IMG/VR virus record: IMGVR_UViG_3300035698_014689
Location: 30,887-94,886 of that record
Strand: one strand, 5' to 3'
Length of the DNA stretch: 64,000 nt
Source: a virus
How positions within the stretch are numbered: the stretch's first letter is position 1; each line of letters starts with the position of its first letter. Below are positions 1 through 9,522 of this stretch, one piece after another. The position numbers were made by a program, and so were the translations under genes. Below the pieces are notes generated by a model. The model was not told the DNA's origin, ran no database searches, and saw nothing but the letters and a program-made list of their open reading frames with translations.

Positions 1-235
1 TTGATCGTGCCTCCTGCATTTGCTGTTGAATACCAGCCCACGTGGATAAGCCCTTCTTAGCGATCAGTCCAAAGGTTCCAGCAATTGCGGCTCCCGCCAT
101 TGTGAATTGCATACCAGCGGAACGCATTGCGGCTCCAGCGGAAGCGACCTTTGCGGATAACGCACTAAGCTGTGTAACTGCCATCGTGGTATCAGCACGA
201 ACAGTTAAAATCGCTTCTCCTAGAGACTTAGACAT
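1..235 (-). CDS. Tail tape measure protein, N-terminus (runs off the window)
   Basis: Not in the ORF track. ATG at 235 reads MSKSLGEAILTVRADTTMAVTQLSALSAKVASAGAAMRSAG..., Ala/Gly-rich and open to base 1. It follows the frameshifted tail chaperone pair. Confidence 0.85.
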   Translation of the reverse strand, partial: MSKSLGEAILTVRADTTMAVTQLSALSAKVASAGAAMRSAGMQFTMAGAAIAGTFGLIAKKGLSTWAGIQQQMQEARS

Positions 236-946
236 TTTCCTCTCCTTTTACATCAAAACCGAGTGTACCCATTTGAGAAGCAGTATGGGGCTCAACCTCA
301 GATTCTCCATCCCCGTTCATCATGCCCACGTATCTATCAAACTCATTCTTATCTGCATGATACGCCATCCTGACTGACTGAGACAGAGCTAAAAGAAAAC
401 GTCCTTCCTTCTTCTGAGATTCCCGAATCAAGATTCGAAATTGACCTAATGTAAGTCTCCATACATGCTCCAACCTATAACTGGGACAGTCGTGTAAGAC
501 AGTAAAAATTTGTTCCGAGATAGTGACTTGAACTTGAGCCTCATCCGACAGCTCGTCTAGTTCGTCATCAGCATCTCCTTCAGATCGAAAAAAACGTTCT
601 TCAATTCCATGATGTCATTGACCTGTAAAAAGGCTTTGATAACCTTCATAACATCAACGATTGAGAACTGATCATAAAACGTCACTTCCTTATCTGTGAC
701 CTGAGCGAGAATCCTTTTGAAAGTCGGGATCATTACAGGACTCGAAAATAGTGCGATAATCGTCGCTGAATCATTTCCTTTCAAAGACTTGTCATCGACG
801 GCTCCGAAAATCGTTATGAATTCCGAAATCAGAATCTGAATATCCTCAAGAACCAACTCTCTAACAGAAATCTCGCCACGAGCGGTTGTAACCTCTTTTT
901 TACTAGCGAACAGGCTGTCCTGCTTCTTTGCTTTTTTCAGTGTCAT
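228..946 (-). CDS. Tail assembly chaperones (gpG 557-946; gpGT produced by -1 frameshift into the frame ending at 228)
   Basis: The 129-aa ORF ends ...KNVFFDLK. The -1 frame is open from the slippery site (FRSEGDADDELDE...RLEHVWRLTLGQF) to 228. Lies between the tail tube and tape measure genes. Confidence 0.85.
587..593 (-). promoter_or_regulatory. Programmed -1 ribosomal frameshift slippery site T TTT TTC
   Basis: In-frame GTT TTT TTC (V-F-F) fits the X XXY YYZ pattern and joins the two chaperone frames. Confidence 0.85.
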
Positions 947-964
947 AATCTGATATTCCTTTGC

Positions 965-1234
965 TTACTTTTTTTGACGAAGAGCTTCATGCAGAATGTT
1001 CCGAACATCCACGCCTGCTCTTGCGAAATCTTTCGGTTCTACGAGTGAGTTTCGATTGTAATAATCCTTACGGATCAGACTGATCTCCTCAGGCTTCAGC
1101 TTCGAGGAGAAAACAAAGAAAATTGTCACCCCACGAGTTCCTCTTTCCCTTGTCTCCACTTTCTCGAAATCGATCGCTTCCTGAACCCACAGGAAGGATG
1201 CCTCTTCAACGTCTTTCGTTTCTATCCGTACCAT
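965..1234 (-). CDS. Hypothetical protein (DUF5659-like)
   Basis: 89 aa with RBS; remembered resemblance only (ETKD..EASFL...DYYN....VEP). Confidence 0.45.
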   Translation of the reverse strand: MVRIETKDVEEASFLWVQEAIDFEKVETRERGTRGVTIFFVFSSKLKPEEISLIRKDYYNRNSLVEPKDFARAGVDVRNILHEALRQKK

Positions 1235-1281
1235 ACCTTACTCCTAACTTTTAGGAAATTAAACCATACTCATACCAGCTA

Positions 1282-1749
1282 TTAAGCGGCAGGAGTACTG
1301 ACGAGTGTTCCAAACTGACCAACAGAGTTCTTCAGGCATTCGAATTCGACTTCGAGTGCAACCTCCGCCTCACGACTCCACATGACTTCGGAGTTTCCGA
1401 TAGAGACGGCTCTATCAAAAGCGAAAGTGAGCGTTGCACCAGCAGGGCCCGGCCCCACTACCCCGACAGTGTGCTCATTGACCACATTTCCCCACCCCGC
1501 TCCTAAAGAGCCAAGAGGCAAATCCCACGACATATAAAGGTTCGCAAGCGAGGCCTCCAACAGCGTGGTCTTAACCAACATTTTTTCCATTGTCTTCGAC
1601 TTCTTGATCAAACCCACAAGCTGATCGCAAGCCACGTCCAAATACTCACGTTCACTGCGAACGGAAATTCCATCTTTGGTGAAACCGATGTCTACGCTAT
1701 CAACTGTGATGACAGCAGGCCCAACTACCACATTAGCTGTGTTACCCAT
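1282..1749 (-). CDS. Major tail tube protein
   Basis: 155 aa, beta-rich; NVVVGPA...DIGFTKDGI motif; synteny. Confidence 0.85.
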   Translation of the reverse strand: MGNTANVVVGPAVITVDSVDIGFTKDGISVRSEREYLDVACDQLVGLIKKSKTMEKMLVKTTLLEASLANLYMSWDLPLGSLGAGWGNVVNEHTVGVVGPGPAGATLTFAFDRAVSIGNSEVMWSREAEVALEVEFECLKNSVGQFGTLVSTPAA

Positions 1750-1760
1750 GATGCTACTCC

Positions 1761-2198
1761 TTATTTATACGACCACTTAACGGTGACGATCATCCTACAT
1801 TCCCACTTGTCTAGCTCATCATTGCGTACTATTTTGCCTACTTCGTCAATCTCTGACCACCTACAATACACCTGTGCGTTTGAAAAGTCAAGGAAAGCTT
1901 TGCTTTCATTTGCATTTTCGAACAAAGACTCAATCTGCCTGACCACATCCGCACAGTCTACTTGTGTACCTGAATGACAGAGAAAAAAGTATAGATCAGT
2001 CTCTCTCAATTTATTTGTATCCGAACCTCCTGTTTTAATAGTATAATTCTCTTCAAAGAATAAGCCCGTTTTATAAGGGGCGGTCTGCGAATCAGAACGT
2101 GTTATATTTATCTTACTTGTCGAATTATAACCAAGGAGAGTCGTCAACGTGGAATCCGCCACGAGCTTATCAGATATTGCTTTCCAAAAGTACTTCAT
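1761..2198 (-). CDS. Tail terminator/completion protein
   Basis: 145 aa; AI..KL.AD.TL..LLG N-terminus; directly upstream of the tail tube gene. Confidence 0.7.
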   Translation of the reverse strand: MKYFWKAISDKLVADSTLTTLLGYNSTSKINITRSDSQTAPYKTGLFFEENYTIKTGGSDTNKLRETDLYFFLCHSGTQVDCADVVRQIESLFENANESKAFLDFSNAQVYCRWSEIDEVGKIVRNDELDKWECRMIVTVKWSYK

Positions 2199-2200
2199 AA

Positions 2201-2692
2201 TTATGTTCCTAATCTAACCCTCATACGCAAAACAAAGTCATCGGCAAGACGGCCCTCCTCTGTATTAAACGCTTTCATTAAATATGGACGAGCCTCCACA
2301 CCTTTCTTCTCTATTGATTGAAAAATTCTGAAGGCGGTCAACCCTACGTGTTTCGGCTGTAACTTCCGTGCAACCCACGCTCTCAACTTAGCCAAGTCAG
2401 GAGAGTGAGGCCCACGTCCCTGCTCAACATCCAAACCGTAATCAACTCCAATCGAGCCCACATCAATCGCGGCGCTAAACACGGATGCAGAAAAACCAAT
2501 ACGTGTGCGGATATTTCTGAATAAGTTGCCTGAGTCCACAGACTTGTTCTCTCTTATGTTTCGTCTTATCTGAGGAACGAGAACAGCTTGAACAGACGTA
2601 TTGAGAATCGGTGCAACAGCGGGAGCTCCCAAAGCTGTGACTAAGGACTTTATATGAACCTTGGACGTATCAAATTTTACTGACATTATCAT
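2201..2692 (-). CDS. HK97 gp10-like neck/tail completion protein
   Basis: VDSGNL.RNI, YG.DVE.G and ARPYL..AF motifs. Confidence 0.8.
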   Translation of the reverse strand: MIMSVKFDTSKVHIKSLVTALGAPAVAPILNTSVQAVLVPQIRRNIRENKSVDSGNLFRNIRTRIGFSASVFSAAIDVGSIGVDYGLDVEQGRGPHSPDLAKLRAWVARKLQPKHVGLTAFRIFQSIEKKGVEARPYLMKAFNTEEGRLADDFVLRMRVRLGT

Positions 2693-3039
2693 ATCTGCTC
2701 CACATGAAGGGTAACGTGATGATACTCACCACTGGCATCCCTCTGCCTCTGTGCAAAGAGAACATCATATTTAAACGTGCCGTCATCCACCTTATACACT
2801 CTACCTCGTACGAACTTATCCGTATTCGTCGTTATAACTTGCCACATCTTCTCCGAATCTTTCCCAGCATAAGTTGTGAGCAGTTCGGCTTTCATTTTCG
2901 TAAAGCGACACAGAAGCGTCTCTTGAACGGTGCTTTCCGTAGGTATGACAGTACCGAAGCTGGAGTCAGCCTTTCCAATCTCAATCACATCTATCGTATC
3001 TGTTAGGCCACTGGTAAACATTTTTTGTACCTCGCGCAT
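2689..3039 (-). CDS. Head closure (stopper) protein
   Basis: About 110 aa, beta-rich, with C-terminal YHHVTL; upstream of the gp10-like gene. Confidence 0.65.
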   Translation of the reverse strand: MREVQKMFTSGLTDTIDVIEIGKADSSFGTVIPTESTVQETLLCRFTKMKAELLTTYAGKDSEKMWQVITTNTDKFVRGRVYKVDDGTFKYDVLFAQRQRDASGEYHHVTLHVEQI

Positions 3040-3449
3040 TCCTCCGATCCTTCAACAAAAGAATCCCACCCGTCATCCGTCTCAGTTCCAATATAATACT
3101 TGTTCGTTCTCAGGTATCTCAACGTCCGCATAAATTCGTTATTGCTTTGATAGCGCACTATCTGATTCATATTAAAAAGCAAGTGCAAATTAGCTATGTG
3201 ATATTCCCTTTTCGTTTTCTCGAAAAAGAAGCTTATATCATGTGGCAAAGAAGCCAGTGTGACATCTACACCGTAAACAGTCTTAGGTATATAATCATTC
3301 CACCAATCCCCCGTGGCTCCGATACCATTCCAAATCTCATACAATTCGTCGTTCGTTACGTGCATGAAGTACTCAGGCAAAAGAAAGTCATACCTCTGAC
3401 AGGCTAATTTCAAATCATACTCATGTCTATTATCATATCTGAAATTCAT
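3003..3449 (-). CDS. Conserved phage protein with NG.G...P...HD motif (DUF1353/PLA2-like)
   Basis: WNGIGA...IPKTVYGVDVTLASLPHD; start moved to the ATG at 3449, which has a GAGGGGG RBS. Confidence 0.5.
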   Translation of the reverse strand: MNFRYDNRHEYDLKLACQRYDFLLPEYFMHVTNDELYEIWNGIGATGDWWNDYIPKTVYGVDVTLASLPHDISFFFEKTKREYHIANLHLLFNMNQIVRYQSNNEFMRTLRYLRTNKYYIGTETDDGWDSFVEGSEECARYKKCLPVA

Positions 3450-3520
3450 TGAGTCCCCCTCACCTAAGTAAAAACACCTACGAACGTACGAGCGGAAGTG
3501 CAATCATGTGCACGCCACAC

Positions 3521-3937
3521 CTATTCAGGAACGAGCTTTTTCGGAAAAGGTTCACGCATCTTCGAGCCCGCACAGACCATCTTGACAAACTCAGCTATTA
3601 TCTTAACTGATTCTGCTGGTGACTCATTCGATCCTGCAATATATACTATGCAGACATTTCCAGCACTGAGATCACTAGAAAACATTCCCCACATTGACTT
3701 CCTTCTTGAGTAAGCGAACATGGCGGGAAATTTCTCCTCCTCCTTATACGGACGCTGAAACAGCAGAGCATTAGCACCCCCACCAGCGACAACCTCGGGA
3801 ATAAATTTATCTGTGAGCGTCACCTTAAAAGCATCCGATGAACCAGCGGCTCCCCACGATTTCTGACCAATTGAACAGCCAGTCAAAAAAATCAAAGCCA
3901 CACTGAATAGAAGCATGAATAAAAATCTCATAAACAC
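3521..3937 (-). CDS. Lipoprotein (possibly lysis/spanin-associated)
   Basis: Hydrophobic signal peptide ending in an LTGC lipobox. Confidence 0.6.
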   Translation of the reverse strand: MFMRFLFMLLFSVALIFLTGCSIGQKSWGAAGSSDAFKVTLTDKFIPEVVAGGGANALLFQRPYKEEEKFPAMFAYSRRKSMWGMFSSDLSAGNVCIVYIAGSNESPAESVKIIAEFVKMVCAGSKMREPFPKKLVPE

Positions 3938-3959
3938 TCCTTCTTTATTTACTTACTAT

Positions 3960-4046
3960 TTAGCGAGGGGGAGGACAACCACCACGTCCTCTACCCGTTC
4001 CTCTTCCACCACCGCCTCTTGGCCCCGTCCCATCTCTGTTCGGCAT
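3960..4046 (-). CDS. 28-aa Gly/Arg-rich microprotein (DUF5320-like)
   Basis: MPNRDGTGPRGGGGRGTGRGRGGCPPPR*, AAGGAG RBS; fills the gap between its neighbours; below the ORF-track cutoff. Confidence 0.7.
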   Translation of the reverse strand: MPNRDGTGPRGGGGRGTGRGRGGCPPPR

Positions 4047-4061
4047 CTCACACACTCCTTT

Positions 4062-4322
4062 TCACGCACAACCGTGATGTCTATCTATCATATCTCTTAT
4101 CAACGGAACACACTGCTCTTTATGCTGGGCGACTTTTAAGTCGAACGTATTATGGAGCTCTTGATCAGTCCTAACGTTCGTCAACTTCGACTTGATTTCC
4201 TCTATATCATCCTTGAGAGGTGTTATCATAAGTTTCACGATGAAAAACGTAGCACCCGAAATCGCTGAGACCAGCATAATTCCAAATGCACCGGCACTGA
4301 AAAACAGACTCCAATCCATCAC
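4062..4322 (-). CDS. Single-TM plus coiled-coil membrane protein (holin-like)
   Basis: N-terminal hydrophobic helix followed by a charged coiled coil. Confidence 0.5.
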   Translation of the reverse strand: MMDWSLFFSAGAFGIMLVSAISGATFFIVKLMITPLKDDIEEIKSKLTNVRTDQELHNTFDLKVAQHKEQCVPLIRDMIDRHHGCA

Positions 4323-4331
4323 GCCCTCCTT

Positions 4332-4679
4332 TTACTCAAAGTCACTCATTGACAACTGATTTCTCCAATAACCAACAGAGGTTATCGCTATCTTGACTCC
4401 TGACGCTACGAGAGCATCAAAATACTGAAGCGGATCATCCATTTCAGGTGTGATGGATTTCGCCGCTGTGATTAACGGCGCGAGTTCATCTAAAGTATAC
4501 ACCTTGTCTGAACCATTACCACCAAGCAAATCACATTCTTCTCCAGTAATCGCATAAGCATCAACAACTATCCGCATACCCTCCTGAGAACGGTGATACC
4601 AAAAATGGAATTCAAGTCGATTCTTGTCATCGGTTTGCAGACTTGTTGGAACCTCTTTCGTCGTTCTGAATTTCAACAT
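4332..4679 (-). CDS. Hypothetical protein (fibre module)
   Basis: 115-aa ORF, tightly packed with neighbours. Confidence 0.55.
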   Translation of the reverse strand: MLKFRTTKEVPTSLQTDDKNRLEFHFWYHRSQEGMRIVVDAYAITGEECDLLGGNGSDKVYTLDELAPLITAAKSITPEMDDPLQYFDALVASGVKIAITSVGYWRNQLSMSDFE

Positions 4680-4680
4680 A

Positions 4681-5148
4681 TCAAACTCCTTTTATTTTAC
4701 GTTTCACCGCATCTACATCCATATCTACAGCTTCGACTGCGGCTACGGTAAGCGGATGTTCCATGTCCAAATCTGTAGTAGCTACCCAGCGTTCAGCGAA
4801 TTTAGCATCTTGCATTAAGACGTCAAATTTAGCACGTTCCACAGGAAGCTCATCAAGTGCTTCAAGAATATCTAACTTGGATAACTTGATCATAGCGTCA
4901 AGTTTTTGCTGTATGGTCAAATGTGAGCCAGCTACTTCATCTATGACCCACTGAATAGATTCAGGATTACGAAATCCCTGTCCTTCATATACCACAAATG
5001 GAAAAGCTGTAGGAATAGGCTGATTAGACAATCTATACTGCAATTGTGCATTAGTATCACCATACCAATCAATTACAAGATTACCTTGACTGAACTGCTC
5101 AACAAAATCTCTGCTTACTGCGTCATATTTATTATGTAAAATTATCAT
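4681..5148 (-). CDS. Hypothetical protein, possible fibre assembly chaperone
   Basis: 155 aa; overlaps the stop of the fibre-like gene. Confidence 0.5.
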   Translation of the reverse strand: MIILHNKYDAVSRDFVEQFSQGNLVIDWYGDTNAQLQYRLSNQPIPTAFPFVVYEGQGFRNPESIQWVIDEVAGSHLTIQQKLDAMIKLSKLDILEALDELPVERAKFDVLMQDAKFAERWVATTDLDMEHPLTVAAVEAVDMDVDAVKRKIKGV

Positions 5149-7631
5149 AATTGTATATCCTGTATTGAACCTGCACCACCATCACCACCATCATGACTAG
5201 AAACAGATATTCCTGCTTCCCCACCATCTACATTCATAGTATTTTCATTCTTACCTTTATGAGCAACAACGACAGAACCACCACCACTTGCTCCACCTGT
5301 GCATTGAACCCAACCTGTAAAACCAGATGAATTACTACCTTTACTTGTTATAGTTCCATCACCTAAAATATCACTAGCACAGCATATAATAAGTAGTCCG
5401 CCAACTCCCCAACCGCCTCTAGTTGTAAGACTCCTGGACGGTGCATAATTACGTGATGGATTACCTACACCAGGAGATGGTCCTGTCTCACTGTTTCCTC
5501 CACCTATACCCCCATATGGTTCAGGTGGCGAAGAAACCCACCCCTGATTACCAGAACTAGAAGGCCCACCTGCAAAACAAGTACCTGCTATACCATCAAA
5601 TAAATAAATGTTATTACCATAACCCCACCCACCGCAACCACCGCCCCCAGTCTGACCAGTCATTCCTGCTACACCATCAACACCAGCCCCAATAGCTATT
5701 TGCTTAGTAGCACCTACGCCACCAATCCTAGGAATTGTCACAAGTTGACCATTACCACGTAAAGCAGGAAACAATCCTTGTATTAATTTCATCGCATTAC
5801 CGCATCCGTCAAATACAGCAGATTCCTGTACGTCAGTACCTACAACATTACGGAATGTAAATTGAATGCCATCTATGTCAACTGAATTTCCATCTGTAGG
5901 AGCTACAGGAGTTTCAATAGTATACAGGGTTGTGCTATTGCCAAAAAGCAAAAGTTGTGAAATAGCAAGTCGAGTCCCGTCATCTGCAACTATCTTCACC
6001 CTATAATACCGATATTCCCAATATGTACTCGCTGTAAATGTTTTTGTCAAACTATTACTAGCATCAACAAAAGTCTGTTCACTTAGGTCATTCATATCAG
6101 TTAAAAAATTATCATCAGAACCTTGAAGCGTTATAGTAATATTATAATACCCAACATATCCATAACCATGACCAGATGGGCCGACAGTCTGTGCTTTATA
6201 TATCTTTTTAGAAACACCGAAATCTACTCCAACATACATAGTAGCGTAGGGTTGTATATAAGTGCAAGAAGAGCCTGTTTTTACCAATGTGCCGTCAAAA
6301 GCGTTAGACAATGCGGATGTTGAAGTACCAATTAATGTATAACCATCAGTAGCAACATCTATCCAGCCACCTTTTTCAGGGCTAACAGGATTAGCATGAC
6401 AACCACGTGAGGTCATAGTAATATCACCATGATTAACCAATCCTGTTTTAGTATTAATGCCAATGGTCAGCCCACGACACCTATCAGACGTTGTGTATAA
6501 ATGACCTTCAGGAATTGTAACAGTAGAGAATTGTTTAACTACCATATCACCATCTTCAACACTGCTCGCAAGTACACCCTCAAAAAACTCGATTTCAGAT
6601 ATAATAAAATAATTAGGATTAACTGTCCCACTCATACGAATTGCATGATAAAGATAAGAATCTGACGAATCAGCACAAATTTCTACAATATCATCAAGAG
6701 TATAATCCGATTTAATAGTCTGACTGCCTAAATCTGTCCAGTCAGTACCATTATTTGAGCTCATTAATGTCAGTGTTAGCACCCCTGTATATAAAGCAGG
6801 ATAGGAAAATCCATAATCAGTAGAAGCATAACAAAGAACTCTCGATACAATCTTGGCATCCTGCCATTGTTTGCCTACATAAAAATCATTAGGACCATAA
6901 CATGATGCTGTTGATGTTGCTGTAGTACTTCCATTAAAAGCATTTAATTCTCTAGCTGTTGCTGTATCTATAACACTACCAACATAAGGAGGTAATTGCT
7001 GAACACCTACAGCATTTTCAACGGGTTCATAAAACTCCATCTCAACAATTTGCATTTGTCCTGCCACATCAACTACAAGCCTGACTCTATGATAAAGATA
7101 AGGTGTAATTGAAGAAGAATTAATTTCACAGCAGGTAATGCGAGCAAACGTGTAATCAGTATACGATTGAGAACCTAAAGAAACTTCTTCTCCTGCCCAT
7201 GCACCAGTATCACTCCCCTCTAAATAAAACGTCATCGAAGAATTTATACTATATTGAAATCCTCGGTCACTTGCGCCAAACAAAATAGCCCTGCTAATGA
7301 CTCTTTTAGTAGCCCACGCTTTCCCTAAATAACAAGTAAGACCTGACGTTGTATAAGATGTCAGCCCTCTAGTAGCGGTTCCAACATACACTCCATTCCA
7401 CGCAAGATAAGCGTCTATCATAGTTGCATTTGATATAACTGTACCATCAGATGCCGAAATAAATTGATTAAGAGTCTGTCTATCTCCATCGTCAGAACCA
7501 TCACCATACCAGTTTCTACCTTCAGGAGGGCGTCTACGCATCTTATATTCCCAAGCATTATTAGACCGTTTCCATTCATCGGAAACAGTCTCCTTCTTAG
7601 GAATAATTATAGCATGTGATTCATTAGACAT
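5145..7631 (-). CDS. Virion fibre/adhesin-like protein with three discoidin (F5/8C-like) repeats and a Gly-rich domain
   Basis: Three repeats of AF(N/D)G...Y(V/L)G...L.GS(N/D)...Y.Y(H/Y)R...E.EF; C-terminal GGGGCGG/GGASGGGS; locally AT-richer. Confidence 0.7.
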   Translation of the reverse strand: MSNESHAIIIPKKETVSDEWKRSNNAWEYKMRRRPPEGRNWYGDGSDDGDRQTLNQFISASDGTVISNATMIDAYLAWNGVYVGTATRGLTSYTTSGLTCYLGKAWATKRVISRAILFGASDRGFQYSINSSMTFYLEGSDTGAWAGEEVSLGSQSYTDYTFARITCCEINSSSITPYLYHRVRLVVDVAGQMQIVEMEFYEPVENAVGVQQLPPYVGSVIDTATARELNAFNGSTTATSTASCYGPNDFYVGKQWQDAKIVSRVLCYASTDYGFSYPALYTGVLTLTLMSSNNGTDWTDLGSQTIKSDYTLDDIVEICADSSDSYLYHAIRMSGTVNPNYFIISEIEFFEGVLASSVEDGDMVVKQFSTVTIPEGHLYTTSDRCRGLTIGINTKTGLVNHGDITMTSRGCHANPVSPEKGGWIDVATDGYTLIGTSTSALSNAFDGTLVKTGSSCTYIQPYATMYVGVDFGVSKKIYKAQTVGPSGHGYGYVGYYNITITLQGSDDNFLTDMNDLSEQTFVDASNSLTKTFTASTYWEYRYYRVKIVADDGTRLAISQLLLFGNSTTLYTIETPVAPTDGNSVDIDGIQFTFRNVVGTDVQESAVFDGCGNAMKLIQGLFPALRGNGQLVTIPRIGGVGATKQIAIGAGVDGVAGMTGQTGGGGCGGWGYGNNIYLFDGIAGTCFAGGPSSSGNQGWVSSPPEPYGGIGGGNSETGPSPGVGNPSRNYAPSRSLTTRGGWGVGGLLIICCASDILGDGTITSKGSNSSGFTGWVQCTGGASGGGSVVVAHKGKNENTMNVDGGEAGISVSSHDGGDGGAGSIQDIQL

Positions 7632-7632
7632 C

Positions 7633-8058
7633 TTAGAGATTTCCTCCAATAGCCGTAAGTGTTACAGTCTTTGCGGCTGTGACGGTTGCGACAGCCCCAA
7701 CTTGTATCTCTTCGCCTACGCCAAGAAGGATCGCACCATCATCACGCTTGTTAAGAAAAGGAAGGTCTACTACATTAAGCAGAGAAACTGCTGGTACAAC
7801 TCCATCAGTCCCTGACAGTGTAGGAACATTTACCGAACCTATCAGCCAAGCTGTCGCTCCATCATAAAAATACACCTGCAGGATAACCGCGGCAGTGTCG
7901 TCGGATACCGCAACGATGTCTTGAATAATTGTACCATCCGTTGCTCCTTCCACTACTGATTTCAAATCGGTAGTGTCAGCGGGTACTATTGTATTTCCTA
8001 CTTGCGTATTGTCCGCGACTGTTAAAGCACTCGTTATAAATTGCGGTGTTGCTGACAT
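7633..8058 (-). CDS. Virion structural protein (fibre-associated)
   Basis: 141 aa, Thr/Val/Ala-rich and beta-rich. Confidence 0.55.
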   Translation of the reverse strand: MSATPQFITSALTVADNTQVGNTIVPADTTDLKSVVEGATDGTIIQDIVAVSDDTAAVILQVYFYDGATAWLIGSVNVPTLSGTDGVVPAVSLLNVVDLPFLNKRDDGAILLGVGEEIQVGAVATVTAAKTVTLTAIGGNL

Positions 8059-8060
8059 GA

Positions 8061-8444
8061 TTAAAATCCTCCATAAAGATTTCTTGCTGTTAATAAATTG
8101 GCGGCCATTCCCCCACCACCACTCGATGTGGCTACCTCGTCGATAGCCGCTTGAACCTCATCGGCAGTTAATCCCGAAGTCGAATTATCATAACTTATAG
8201 CAGTGGCTGGATGACTATCTGAGTTCGTACGTCCAGTCAAACTATTATGATCAGGAGTCTCACTCCCACCACTTACTTCTCCCCACGCGCCATTCCCCCA
8301 CGCATACAAAGAGGGCGCTCCAGCGATATTCGCCACGAAAGCGAAATCTCCATCTGTCCCCACAGAAACCAAAGTAGTCAACTCCAGCAAAGTCGGGAAA
8401 GATCCACGATAAAATTTGAATTGAAAACCTTTTTCTGTTATCAC
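8061..8444 (-). CDS. Virion structural protein with fibre-type repeats
   Basis: DHNSLTGR..SDSHPATAISYDNSTSGLTA..VQAAIDE motifs, typical of phage fibres. Confidence 0.6.
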   Translation of the reverse strand: MITEKGFQFKFYRGSFPTLLELTTLVSVGTDGDFAFVANIAGAPSLYAWGNGAWGEVSGGSETPDHNSLTGRTNSDSHPATAISYDNSTSGLTADEVQAAIDEVATSSGGGGMAANLLTARNLYGGF

Positions 8445-8448
8445 AAGA

Positions 8449-8745
8449 CTACCTCTTATTTATAGAGAAAAATAAACTTACTTCTCTCGAACCCGACACC
8501 GAACGCAACATAAGAAGATTCGAAGCGGTATGAACGTCAAAATCAATCCCCAGTTCCAAACCACCACCAAGATTAACCCAGTCATCACTAGCATTAGCAC
8601 CACGCATCTCAACACTTGAAATAACCTGAGGCATGATCATAACAGCTAGAACATCCTCACCGTGTAAAATCTTCGTGACATCCAGCACTACGGGAGTCGT
8701 GGTAACTGTCTGTACTATCGTCCTCATTCCATTTGCTTGCAACAT
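8449..8745 (-). CDS. Hypothetical virion protein
   Basis: 98 aa with RBS, in the structural operon. Confidence 0.55.
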   Translation of the reverse strand: MLQANGMRTIVQTVTTTPVVLDVTKILHGEDVLAVMIMPQVISSVEMRGANASDDWVNLGGGLELGIDFDVHTASNLLMLRSVSGSREVSLFFSINKR

Positions 8746-8762
8746 GACATTCTCCTATATAA

Positions 8763-9485
8763 TTAAACAGCCATAAATAAATCCGCGTAATTGACAAAAC
8801 CCGAAAGGATGCGGTCAACTTCAACAAAGCCCGTGATCGTGACAACTCCATCATCTCTGCTCACGACACCAGAACCACCCTCTCCCCCAGCACTATAAGA
8901 AACTTGATAATCCGTCCACAATTCCTGAGTCTTATTCCCCTCTACCATATCTGAAAAGGACTTCTCTCCGATACCCGCTTTATCAGGGCCGAGAGAAAGG
9001 CAGATAGTCAAAAGAATCGTGGCTTTTTTGATCAGATCAGGGACGGTCGCTTCGCCGAACGTTCCAACTACTTTAATGTTTCGACGGCCTCTAGGCCAAA
9101 CGCCTGCGCCTGAACGTGAACGTATGTTATACGTGCCCGTGTTGATCAAAATAGAATGAACCTCGGAAACGTAATCAGTGGGTTGCAGATAAGTGTGCTC
9201 AACGGAGCCATCGAAATCAATCTCTTGAACGGAGACAAGGGAAACTATTCTGTAAGGATAACCACCATCTTGGGCGAGGAAAAGACTCTCCCCTCCATTT
9301 CCATTGACGATGACGGTATCTTCTTTCGGATAAAAAATGTCATTACAGCCACTCTCGATCTTAACCTCAGACTCGTCAATCAAGGCTTGCAGTTGCACAT
9401 CCGACCAACCAGTGAAATCGAGAACAGTGGAGCTCTCTGTAGGGCGATAATCCTTCACCTCTTGGACTGTGGCATAGTTACTCAT
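8763..9485 (-). CDS. Head-tail adaptor/connector
   Basis: YATVQEVK N-terminus and NIKV..TFG...VPDLIKKA motif. Confidence 0.85.
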   Translation of the reverse strand: MSNYATVQEVKDYRPTESSTVLDFTGWSDVQLQALIDESEVKIESGCNDIFYPKEDTVIVNGNGGESLFLAQDGGYPYRIVSLVSVQEIDFDGSVEHTYLQPTDYVSEVHSILINTGTYNIRSRSGAGVWPRGRRNIKVVGTFGEATVPDLIKKATILLTICLSLGPDKAGIGEKSFSDMVEGNKTQELWTDYQVSYSAGGEGGSGVVSRDDGVVTITGFVEVDRILSGFVNYADLFMAV

Positions 9486-9522
9486 TGTGAAACTCCGTTA
9501 ACGATAAGTGAAACGGGAAACA

